DNA from: an uncultured bacterium | GTDB lineage: Bacteria > CAIJMQ01 | Reading direction: 5' to 3' | Length of the DNA stretch: 37,775 nucleotides | Assembly: GCA_964573245.1 (NCBI GenBank) | Contig: CAZNJA010000010.1 | Span: forward strand, 1-37,775 | In this document: piece by piece, positions 19,085 through 27,206 of the stretch | How the letters are laid out: every line of letters starts with the position of its first letter | How positions within the stretch are numbered: the stretch's first letter is position 1 | Position numbers and translations under genes: made by a program | Notes under the pieces: generated by a model | What the model saw: only the letters and a program-made list of their open reading frames with translations | Databases searched by the model: none | Told to the model about the DNA's origin: nothing

Positions 19085-19861
19085 ATGGGCATTAAAAGAG
19101 CAAACATCTTAAATCCTTTCTGGAAAGTCCTGTATTGGTATATAAGCCATTTGGATAAAAAAGGAGAGATTATATTTTTAAATTATGGTTATGCTGGTGA
19201 GGAAAATCTTCATTTAAATAGAGAAGATGAACAGAACAGATATCCTCTACAGCTTTATTACCATGTCGCCAATTCTATAGAATTAAAAGGGTTGGATGTG
19301 CTGGAAGTGGGATGCGGAAGAGGAGGGGGAACTTCTTATGTTGCCAGATATTTAGCTCCTAAATCAATAAAGGGAACTGATATCTGCAGAAAAGCGATTG
19401 ACTTTTGCAAAGAAAAATATTCTTATGACAACCTTTCTTTCTGTGCAGGGGACGCGCTTAATCTGCCTTGCGAAGATGAAAATGTGGATGTGGTAATAAA
19501 TATAGAATCGTCCCACCGTTATCCCAGCATGAAAAAGTTCTTAAGCGAAGTTTATAGAGTGCTTAAGCCCGGCGGACATTTTTTGTTTGCAGACCTAAGA
19601 TACAAAGAATCTATTAAAACTCTAAGAAACCAATTTAAAAATTCTTCATTAAAACTTATAAAAGAAGAGTTTATAACCGGCAATGTGATCAAAGCATTAC
19701 AATTGGACCACGATAGAAGAATAGCCCTCATTGAAAGGCTGGCACCCAAATTTCTTCACAAGTTCGTTAAGGAATTTGCCGGGACCAAAGAGACAGATTT
19801 GTATAAAGCTTTTTTGAAAGGAGAGAAAGAATACCTTAATTACATACTGCAGAAGGCTTAA
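19085..19861 (+). CDS. Class I SAM-dependent methyltransferase (fatty-acid/phthiotriol O-methyltransferase-like)
   Basis: FLNYGY, VLEVGCGRGGG, NIESSHRYP and RVLKPGG motifs. Confidence 0.9.
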   Translation: MGIKRANILNPFWKVLYWYISHLDKKGEIIFLNYGYAGEENLHLNREDEQNRYPLQLYYHVANSIELKGLDVLEVGCGRGGGTSYVARYLAPKSIKGTDICRKAIDFCKEKYSYDNLSFCAGDALNLPCEDENVDVVINIESSHRYPSMKKFLSEVYRVLKPGGHFLFADLRYKESIKTLRNQFKNSSLKLIKEEFITGNVIKALQLDHDRRIALIERLAPKFLHKFVKEFAGTKETDLYKAFLKGEKEYLNYILQKA

Positions 19862-19869
19862 TTTTTTAT

Positions 19870-21030
19870 TCACAGAATAATTTCCTTATTACCTTCATCC
19901 TTTTTTAGTTCTACTTGTTTCTGTTTACCCTCCGATTCAACAATATGAGAACCATAGAAAACATTCGTGCTGCATATACCTTTCTCGTCGGCTTTGCCTT
20001 CCCAATTTGTCCACCATTTATTAAAAACTAAATTTCTATAAGCCTCAACCGAAGGAGTCGGCGTCCAATTTTTTTCCCAAAGCGCGGTATATCCTTTAAT
20101 TCCATATTCTTTGTTTGCGGAAAGCCAATGCGATCTTTGCCAAAAGCCCCACATAAGGATGCCGTCAACCAAAGGATGAGCAAAGCAAACTTTATAAAGA
20201 TTTTCCAATCCTTTAACCTTTGCATCTTCATCCAAAGTCCTCATGTCAAATTCTGTAATTTTCATCGGCAGGTTAAACTGAGCCAATCCTTCAAGAACTT
20301 TTTTGATTCTATCTGCATCCAAAGCTTGTCCCTGGAGCAAATGTCCTTGTATTCCGATACCTCCAATGGGTGCACCTGCGTTTAACAATTCTTCAATATG
20401 TTCTACATATCTATTAAAAATATCCTTTTCCAATATTTCATAATCATTAACATAAAGCCTTGCATTCGGGTCGGCTTCTTGAGCCCATTTAAACATATCC
20501 ACATGAATACTGCTACCTAATTTACTTTTGTAGAAATCACCGTGGAGCATTTCGTTGTTTACATCATATTCGGAAATTTTATCTTTATAATAAGTAAGAA
20601 CGCCTTTAGCTCTGTTTTTAACTCTCTGTTTAAGTTCCTCCTTGTCTAAATTTTTAAGCCAATCCTGAACATGCATATCCTTTTCCCAGTAAAGACAATG
20701 CCCCCGCATCTTAATATCATTCTGCTGGCACCAGTCAAGTATCATGTCGGCTTCCTCATAGGAAACTTTGTCTTTTTCTATCTCCGTATTTTCCCACTTA
20801 AGCGCGTTTTCATGAACAGCGCTGTTGAAGTTCTCTTTTATAATCTGCCGATACTTTTCCATGTCTTCAGCGTGTTCTGTTCCCAATAATGTTCTTCTCG
20901 CGATACAAGTTCCGAACCAGAACTCATGTTTTAACTGTTTGACTTTAACGGAAGCATTGGGAGTTGTTTTAATTGTAAGTGTTCCTGTCCTGTTCTGTTT
21001 TATTGCTTGGTCTATATCTGTATTTTCCAT
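19870..21030 (-). CDS. Glycoside hydrolase family 10 (endo-1,4-beta-xylanase-like), no signal peptide
   Basis: ENALKW, RGHCLYW, YDVNNE (acid/base), GIGIQGH and ITEFD (nucleophile) motifs. Confidence 0.92.
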   Translation of the reverse strand: MENTDIDQAIKQNRTGTLTIKTTPNASVKVKQLKHEFWFGTCIARRTLLGTEHAEDMEKYRQIIKENFNSAVHENALKWENTEIEKDKVSYEEADMILDWCQQNDIKMRGHCLYWEKDMHVQDWLKNLDKEELKQRVKNRAKGVLTYYKDKISEYDVNNEMLHGDFYKSKLGSSIHVDMFKWAQEADPNARLYVNDYEILEKDIFNRYVEHIEELLNAGAPIGGIGIQGHLLQGQALDADRIKKVLEGLAQFNLPMKITEFDMRTLDEDAKVKGLENLYKVCFAHPLVDGILMWGFWQRSHWLSANKEYGIKGYTALWEKNWTPTPSVEAYRNLVFNKWWTNWEGKADEKGICSTNVFYGSHIVESEGKQKQVELKKDEGNKEIIL

Positions 21031-21045
21031 CTATATCCCCCCTTA

Positions 21046-21966
21046 TCAATGTTTGATAAATTTTTCTACCTTTGCAAAGACGGCAATTATATCATCATCA
21101 CTGCCCGAATCAAACCATTTGATTTCCTTGTTCTTTCTGAAATAAGTCATCTGCCGTTTCGCGAAATTTCTGGTATTTTTCTTGACCTTTTCTTTTGCTT
21201 CTTCCAAATCCAACTTGCCTTTTAAATACTGCGCTATTTCCTTATACCCTAACGCCTGGAACGAAGAAAGCTCGCTGCTGTATCCTTCGTCCAAAAGCGT
21301 CCTTACTTCTTCCACAAGGCCCTCCTCGAACATCTTGTCAACTCTTGCTTCTACTCTTTCATAAAGCTCATCCCTTTTTCTGTTTAATCCTATAAGCAAA
21401 TATTTATAGTTTTTAATTGCCTTTTCCATTTTTTGAATTTCGGAGAGTTGCTCACCTGATAACCGATAGACCTCCAGAGCGCGAATTACTCTTTTTAAAT
21501 CGTTTGAATGTATTTTTTTCGCCGACACGGGGTCTATCTCGTTTAACAATTCGTGTAAAAAAGCGTTTCCCTTTTTAAGTGCTTCCTGTTTTAGTTTTTT
21601 TCTGAACTTAAGGTCGGCTTTGGGCATGGAAGATATGCCGTAAATAAGAGCGTCAAGATATAAACCGCTTCCCCCTGATACCAACGGAAACGCGCCCCGT
21701 TTGGTTATGCCTTCAATTACTTTTTCCGCGTCGTGCGCATATTCTCCGGCGCTGTAATGATAATCAGGCGTAACGATATTAAGCATGTGATAATTGTATT
21801 TTTCTATCTCTTCGGGCGAGGGCTTAGCCGTTCCTATGTCCATACCGGTATAAACCTGTATAGAATCGCAGGACACGATTTCAAAACCAAACTTCTGCGC
21901 CAATTTATGGCTCAACTGTGTCTTGCCTACAGCAGTAGGCCCAATAAGAGCGATTAGTTTTATCAT
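21046..21966 (-). CDS. miaA: tRNA dimethylallyltransferase
   Basis: GPTAVGKT, DSIQVYTGMDIGTAKP, GGSGLY and TRNFAKRQMTYF motifs; start MIKLIAL at 21966. Confidence 0.96.
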   Translation of the reverse strand: MIKLIALIGPTAVGKTQLSHKLAQKFGFEIVSCDSIQVYTGMDIGTAKPSPEEIEKYNYHMLNIVTPDYHYSAGEYAHDAEKVIEGITKRGAFPLVSGGSGLYLDALIYGISSMPKADLKFRKKLKQEALKKGNAFLHELLNEIDPVSAKKIHSNDLKRVIRALEVYRLSGEQLSEIQKMEKAIKNYKYLLIGLNRKRDELYERVEARVDKMFEEGLVEEVRTLLDEGYSSELSSFQALGYKEIAQYLKGKLDLEEAKEKVKKNTRNFAKRQMTYFRKNKEIKWFDSGSDDDIIAVFAKVEKFIKH

Positions 21967-22110
21967 GTATTTATTATACGCTAAACAGCCGCATACATTG
22001 ACAATCTTACCAAAGTAGTGCTGTAATTCCTGCAAGAAAGAATTTTAGACAAAATTTAACAGGATAAACGTCTTTATATGTGAGGACAGAAAATAATTTC
22101 TGATTTTTAG

Positions 22111-22671
22111 TTGAACTCCTTGATGGAAAAAGAAATAGAATCGAAAATAAAACAGTTGATTCGGCAAAATGATCCTTTTGCGCTTGAAATTATTTACAAT
22201 GAACTCGGAGAAAAACTTTATAAGTATATATTGTCGATACTCTGGTCGGATATTAAAGCGGAGGAAGTTATGCAGAACTTGTTCGTAGCGGTAGCAGAAA
22301 AACGAAACCACATCGCAAGAGCGCGCAATTTGACGGGATATATCTTTGCTATGGCAAGAAATCAAGCAATGGACTTTTTAAGAACCGAACCCAAAAATGG
22401 AAAAAACATTGAGGATTATAAAAATGTACTTGTTCTAAAAGACGCCTCAACCAATAGTTTTGATAGCGAAGAACTAGAAAAGATTACAAAAGCAATTTTA
22501 TCTTTGCCTTCAAAACAAAAAGAAGTAATCAGCATGAAAATCTTTCAGGATATGACATTTGAGAATATCGCAAGAGCGCTAAATATATCTATAAACACAG
22601 CCGCCAGCCGTTACCGCTACGGTATAGAAAAGTTAAAAAGTAAACTTAAGGAGTTTGAAAATGAAATATGA
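22111..22671 (+). CDS. ECF RNA polymerase sigma factor
   Basis: AEEVMQNLF, YIFAMARNQAMD and LPSKQKEVI...MTFENIARALNISINTAASRYRYG; start may be ATG 22123. Confidence 0.92.
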   Translation: MNSLMEKEIESKIKQLIRQNDPFALEIIYNELGEKLYKYILSILWSDIKAEEVMQNLFVAVAEKRNHIARARNLTGYIFAMARNQAMDFLRTEPKNGKNIEDYKNVLVLKDASTNSFDSEELEKITKAILSLPSKQKEVISMKIFQDMTFENIARALNISINTAASRYRYGIEKLKSKLKEFENEI

Positions 22672-23098
22672 CGATATAGAAAAAGAACTCTCCCTTTTTG
22701 CATTAAAAGAAATTGGCAGTAGTTTAAAAGACAAAGTCCTTGAACGAGCAAGAAACGTATGGACAGCAAAACAACAAAATCCTGTCTTTACTTTCAAATT
22801 AATAAGGAATTATGCCTACGCTTTGGCAACACTGCTTGTAATCAGCATAACAAGTTCAAAAATCGACTTGTTTCTCACGGATAAATTAATTGATGGCAAG
22901 ACCATATCAGTCACAAAGACCATCGGAAAATCCAACGGCATCGAACAATTGTGCTCCGATTTGGGAGTTGACTGTGCAAATTACAAACTACTTGCAAAGA
23001 TGTTTAAAGTAGAAGAGAAAGAATCTTATCCGACAATCTTTGATTTAAGAGACCAGTTAATGGAAGAATTTAATTTAATAAACGGAGGGATATCATGA
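22661..23098 (+). CDS. Putative anti-sigma factor (single TM)
   Basis: Overlaps the ECF stop; N-terminal helical domain plus TM helix; ATG 22661 after AAGGAG. Confidence 0.65.
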   Translation: MKYDDIEKELSLFALKEIGSSLKDKVLERARNVWTAKQQNPVFTFKLIRNYAYALATLLVISITSSKIDLFLTDKLIDGKTISVTKTIGKSNGIEQLCSDLGVDCANYKLLAKMFKVEEKESYPTIFDLRDQLMEEFNLINGGIS

Positions 23099-24438
23099 AT
23101 AAAGCAAAGAAAGCTTTAAAAGTAACATGCGTTATATTGGGCGGATTAATCACTTTGGTTATAGTGCTGAATATTATCTTCAACATTATGTTCGGAATTC
23201 AACTGCGCAACAAAATTGCCGAATTAAAAGCGGAAGGAAAACCCATGACTATTGCCGAAATCGTCCCGCCGCCGGTTCCCGATGAAGATAACGCGGCGCT
23301 TATTTGCAAGACAGTGCTTACATTACTCCAAGTAGAAGAAGGCAAACAAATAAACAAAATAGTCAGAGAATTAGAATCTTTTTCTGATATTTCCAAGTGG
23401 ACTGACGAGCAAAAACAACAAATATCCCAAATAGTAAATTCCAGAGACACCCAGTATGTCTACGAACTTATTGAAGAGGCTTCCCGTAAACCTAAAAGCA
23501 ATTTCAACTACAATTACGGAGAGGGCCCTAATTTACTTGCGCCGGAACTAACGTATATGCGAACTGCAGTAAGACTAATTTGCGCAAAAGCCCTGCTTGA
23601 AGCAGATTCCGGTAAAGTATCAGAAGCCTTCGACACACTTCTTGGCGGCTTAAAATTTTCAAATCATCTAAAAGACGAACCTCTTCTTATTTCACAATTG
23701 ATAAGAATCGCCTGCGATAATATAATAATGGATTGCATCAAAAGCATTGCCGATTCAAAAGAAATACCTGCAGAAGAAACAAATTCAATAATGGATGAAT
23801 TGTATATCCACCAAAATATAGAGCCGTTTATTAAAAGTATGGATGGGGAGAGAGTTGCTTTTGGTATGTGGGTATTTGAACGAATACTCCAGGGAAAAAC
23901 AAAAGATTTGGAAGCCCTAACATTTGGTGCTTGTTCTCCTCCAGCACCTTTAGCTATGCTTATATCATTCTTAGGAAAACCAGTCTTTGAAAAAGATTTC
24001 GTATGTTATTTAACATTAATCTCAAAAGCACAGGATTCTTATAATATTCCCTATTACAATAAAGTTAATGGGCAAAATGAAGTTATCCCCAAATATTGTA
24101 TTCTTTCTAATAAACTCTTGCCTGCTATTGGAAGAATACGGGAGAAGGTAGCAGCATATCAGGCAAATATTGATGTTTGTAGAATAGGGCTTGCTTTGAA
24201 AATTTATAAGGCAAAAAACGGAACTTATCCTGAAAAGTTAGAAAACTTAGTCCCCGAATTTTTGAGTGAAGTGCCTATTGACCCATTTAGTGGTAAAAGT
24301 CTTAAATATTCAAGTTACGGCAACAGTTTCAAACTTTACAGCATTGGTCCTAATATGCGAGACGATTTTGGAACTCCGAAAGCAAAAGAAAGTTCGGCTT
24401 ATAATGATTATGATATTGTTTGGGAATCTCGTTCTTGA
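23095..24438 (+). CDS. Membrane-anchored hypothetical protein with C-terminal GspG/pseudopilin-like segment
   Basis: N-terminal TM; tail LALKIYKAKNGTYPEKLENLVPEFLSEVPIDPFSG...LYSIGPNMRDD; ATGA overlap with the upstream gene. Confidence 0.75.
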   Translation: MNKAKKALKVTCVILGGLITLVIVLNIIFNIMFGIQLRNKIAELKAEGKPMTIAEIVPPPVPDEDNAALICKTVLTLLQVEEGKQINKIVRELESFSDISKWTDEQKQQISQIVNSRDTQYVYELIEEASRKPKSNFNYNYGEGPNLLAPELTYMRTAVRLICAKALLEADSGKVSEAFDTLLGGLKFSNHLKDEPLLISQLIRIACDNIIMDCIKSIADSKEIPAEETNSIMDELYIHQNIEPFIKSMDGERVAFGMWVFERILQGKTKDLEALTFGACSPPAPLAMLISFLGKPVFEKDFVCYLTLISKAQDSYNIPYYNKVNGQNEVIPKYCILSNKLLPAIGRIREKVAAYQANIDVCRIGLALKIYKAKNGTYPEKLENLVPEFLSEVPIDPFSGKSLKYSSYGNSFKLYSIGPNMRDDFGTPKAKESSAYNDYDIVWESRS

Positions 24439-24515
24439 TTCTAGATGCCAGATACTAGATTCTAGTCACTGAATATTAAGAATTTTGTTTCTACAAGTAT
24501 CCAGCATCTAGTATC
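24437..24515. repeat. Heptamer tandem repeats arranged as an inverted pair
   Basis: GATTCTA-GATGCCA-GATACTA-GATTCTA at 24437-24464; opposite strand GATACTA-GATGCTG-GATACTT at 24515-24495. Confidence 0.75.
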
Positions 24516-24835
24516 TATTGTTTCTTCTTCATATTCAACGGACAGGAATCGGAGGAAACTTCGCTTTTTTTTATATCTTGAGGAATTTCTTCGCCCATAC
24601 CATCCGCAATAAATCCGATAACGGTTAAAACTGCAACTTTTTCGCCTTCCTTTATCAATATTTTTCTAAGTAATCCGTCGTACTGGGACTCAATTTCCAA
24701 AGCTGCTTTGTCGGTCGTAATTTCAAGTAGAACTTCGCCCTTTGAGACCTTATCGCCTTCTTTTTTTAGCCATTTTTCAATCGTCGCTTCCTTAATCGTC
24801 TGCCCCAATTTAGGTATTATAATTTCCCTAATCAT
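24515..24835 (-). CDS. Stand-alone lipoyl-domain protein
   Basis: IIPKLGQTIKEATIEKWLKKEGDKV...ITTDKAALEIES (lipoyl-Lys DKA); no E2 catalytic domain. Confidence 0.85.
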   Translation of the reverse strand: MIREIIIPKLGQTIKEATIEKWLKKEGDKVSKGEVLLEITTDKAALEIESQYDGLLRKILIKEGEKVAVLTVIGFIADGMGEEIPQDIKKSEVSSDSCPLNMKKKQ

Positions 24836-24930
24836 TTAATCATTCTCCATTAATCCATACGAATAAGCAAAACTACGATTTTACGGATATTGTATTAAGT
24901 ATTAGAAATTTTTCATTACGATAAGTCGTA

Positions 24931-25455
24931 TCACTTCTTGAAATTATTGCTGGGATATATCATTCTGCCATCTTTTAATTTTACCGGCTCAGGCTTGTCC
25001 GAGCCGATATCGAAACCCTTTAAGAAACACAAAATCGCATCCACATTTTTAGCGTTCATCAGTCCTTCTCTCATCTTCCTATTTTTGCAAAGCCGCGCTA
25101 TTCTTGCCAAAACTTGAAGATGTGCCTTTGTTTCGCCGCTGGAACATCCTATCATAAAGATAAGATGAACCGGTTTGCCGTCCAAAGACGCAAACTCCAC
25201 CCCTGCCGAAGACCTGCCCAAGGCAACAACCAATTTCTCCACCGTATCCGAGCGCGCATGGGGTATTGCTATTCCCCCTCCGATAGCGGTGCTTTCTATC
25301 TCTTCTCTTGTTCTTATGGCGTTTATAAAAGAATCCTCGTTTTGGACCACTCCTGCCTGGCTAAATTTGGAAGCCATTTCTTTGATAACACCTTCTTTAT
25401 TATTGGAACGCAGTTCGGAAATAATCAAATCCCTGTCTATGACTTCTATAAGCAT
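24931..25455 (-). CDS. PTS EIIA component (Fru/Ntr type, PtsN-like)
   Basis: REEIESTAIGGGIAIPHAR and FASLDGKPVHLIF motifs; probable start MLIEVID. Confidence 0.92.
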   Translation of the reverse strand: MLIEVIDRDLIISELRSNNKEGVIKEMASKFSQAGVVQNEDSFINAIRTREEIESTAIGGGIAIPHARSDTVEKLVVALGRSSAGVEFASLDGKPVHLIFMIGCSSGETKAHLQVLARIARLCKNRKMREGLMNAKNVDAILCFLKGFDIGSDKPEPVKLKDGRMIYPSNNFKK

Positions 25456-25525
25456 CTTTTCTCCCTTCATAACAGTCTGTTAACTTTTTAGAACCAAAGA
25501 TTATATGTATTGTGTTGATTTAATG

Positions 25526-26260
25526 TCAAATCTCACAACTGCAAGCAAGCGTTATTACATTTATTTGTTTTACTCTTGCTTTACGGATCTCTTTTGCGCA
25601 TTCGTTTACTGTTGAACCTGTAGTAAAAACATCGTCTAGGAGAAGAATGTTTTTATTTTCGAGAATTTCAGGGTTTTTTACTCTGAACGCATCTTTGACA
25701 TTTTTGACTCTTTGCTTAACAGAAAGAGTTGTCTGGGATGGGGTTCTTTTACATTTCATCAATCTGTCGGATAAAATCGGCACACCGATTTTTTTGCTTA
25801 TTTCGCGAGCCAAAAGTTCGGTCTGATTATAACCCCTTTTGAATTTATCGAACCGATGCATAGGAACGGGAAGGATAAAATCGATATCTTTTAAATCATC
25901 GCTTTCGGATATTTTTTTTATAAGAAACCCCGCTAAAAGTCTATCCAAATAATCGTTTTTGCCATATTTGAAAAGGTGAATCAATTTCCTAAAAACATCC
26001 TCATATATAGCGATGTGAAAAGCTCCGTCGAAAAAAAGTTTTGGTTTTTTGTTACATTTGGAACAAATATGAGAATTGGAAGGCCTTCCGCACTTTTCGC
26101 ATATGGGAGAGACAACGAATTTTATTTTTTTGAAACAATCGGCGCAGAGATATTCGTTGCCCGGTTCTTCGATGGGAAGAACCGAACCACAAACAAAGCA
26201 CTTAAGAGGATAAATAAGATTTAAGCAAAACCTGAAGTATTTGCGAATGACTTTAAACAC
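25526..26260 (-). CDS. comF: ComF family protein (double zinc ribbon plus PRTase domain)
   Basis: CFVC/CADC/CEKC/CSKC, PVPMH...RGYNQ and LLLDDVFTTGSTVNEC motifs; probable GTG start at 26260, although the frame is open to 26371. Confidence 0.92.
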   Translation of the reverse strand: MFKVIRKYFRFCLNLIYPLKCFVCGSVLPIEEPGNEYLCADCFKKIKFVVSPICEKCGRPSNSHICSKCNKKPKLFFDGAFHIAIYEDVFRKLIHLFKYGKNDYLDRLLAGFLIKKISESDDLKDIDFILPVPMHRFDKFKRGYNQTELLAREISKKIGVPILSDRLMKCKRTPSQTTLSVKQRVKNVKDAFRVKNPEILENKNILLLDDVFTTGSTVNECAKEIRKARVKQINVITLACSCEI

Positions 26261-26279
26261 GAAACTATCAACTTTCTTA

Positions 26280-26350
26280 TGGTGGAGCAGACCGGGATTG
26301 AACCGGCGACTTTCCCGACGTAACGTCGGGACGCTCTCCCGAATTGACCA
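26280..26350 (-). pseudogene. tRNA-Ala-derived partial duplicate with palindromic anticodon-arm replacement
   Basis: 31-nt exact match to the tRNA 3' end including CCA (26280-26310) plus the GGGAGAGCG D-arm remnant; no 5' acceptor strand. Confidence 0.85.
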
Positions 26351-26384
26351 ATAATATAATCTTGTATCCAAGTAAGAAATGAGC

Positions 26385-26460
26385 TGGTGGAGCAGACCGG
26401 GATTGAACCGGCGACCTCATCCATGCGAAGGATGCGCTCTCCCAGCTGAGCTACTGCCCC
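26385..26460 (-). tRNA. tRNA-Ala (anticodon CGC)
   Basis: 76-nt cloverleaf GGGGCAG...CATCC-TTCGCAT-GGATG...GGTTCAATCC...CTGCTCCACCA; G3:U70; encoded CCA. Confidence 0.97.
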
Positions 26461-26468
26461 GATTGCGT

Positions 26469-26498
26469 ATTCTACTTAAATGCTAAAACCGCTGTCAA
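26469..26498 (-). promoter_or_regulatory. Sigma70 promoter of tRNA-Ala
   Basis: TTGACA-N18-TAGAAT ending 8 nt upstream of the tRNA. Confidence 0.75.
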
Positions 26499-26750
26499 AC
26501 TTTCTTGCTTGGTCTATGATAGATGCATAGAATTTCAAAAGGTGTAAATGACCTTCTCCTTACCCACCCATTTGAACAGGCGAGGATGTTGAGGTTTTGC
26601 TAGGGAGGTGTTTTCTTTTGAAGCCTGTTGGAACGTGATATCTAAAAAATTAATAGACTATTCTTAGATAAATATATGATTCCAAAACTGAAACCCCATG
26701 ATATATATCATTAGATTCGTTTCTCATCTCAGGAGAGCGCTATTCATTTT

Positions 26751-26960
26751 TTATTCTGAAGCTTTCGCTACATTGGAAGCTTGCGGACCCTTGTCGCCTT
26801 TGGAAATTTCGAATTCGACCTTGTCGCCTTCTCGCAATGTTTTGAACCCAGCGCCTTGAATAGCGCTGTAGTGCACGAAACAATCTTCGCTTCCGTCGTC
26901 AGGGGTAATGAACCCATACCCTTTCTTTTCGTTGAACCATTTTACTGTTCCTACTGCCAT
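26751..26960 (-). CDS. cspA: Cold-shock protein
   Basis: [18 protein letters not shown]...FVHYSAI...KGPQA; GGAGGTG RBS. Confidence 0.96.
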   Translation of the reverse strand: MAVGTVKWFNEKKGYGFITPDDGSEDCFVHYSAIQGAGFKTLREGDKVEFEISKGDKGPQASNVAKASE

Positions 26961-27171
26961 GCTTATATCACCTCCCTCTTTGCAAAAAAATACCGCAAGA
27001 GAAATTATCCTTTCGCTTGTCTTCGCCAATTAAATGAAAACAGGCGGGATATTCCCTCACGGATAAAATTTATGTTTCTCTGCTTCCCGTAAAAGCAAAC
27101 AACCTGCTCACTTCTGCTGATAATTCTTAGCAATACCAATTTAACTATATCCTTAATAACTTTCGAAGCGA

Positions 27172-27201
27172 ATTCTATAAAATAAATTCATATCTTGTCA
27201 A
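27172..27201 (-). promoter_or_regulatory. Sigma70 promoter of the cold-shock gene, implying a ~200-nt 5' UTR
   Basis: TTGACA-N18-TAGAAT on the minus strand. Confidence 0.6.
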
Positions 27202-27206
27202 GTATG

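Noticed and set aside
26280-26350. Functional ochre-suppressor tRNA (TTA at loop apex)
   Set aside because: There is no 5' acceptor strand, the D-stem is broken and the anticodon loop is non-canonical. Genes in the window end normally at TAA.
26261-26371. N-terminal extension of ComF
   Set aside because: It is a translation of the tRNA-like sequence; GTG at 26260 gives a normal-length ComF.
26280-26415. attL/attR of an integrated prophage or island
   Set aside because: The two tRNA 3' copies are only ~105 bp apart, with no integrase or cargo between them.
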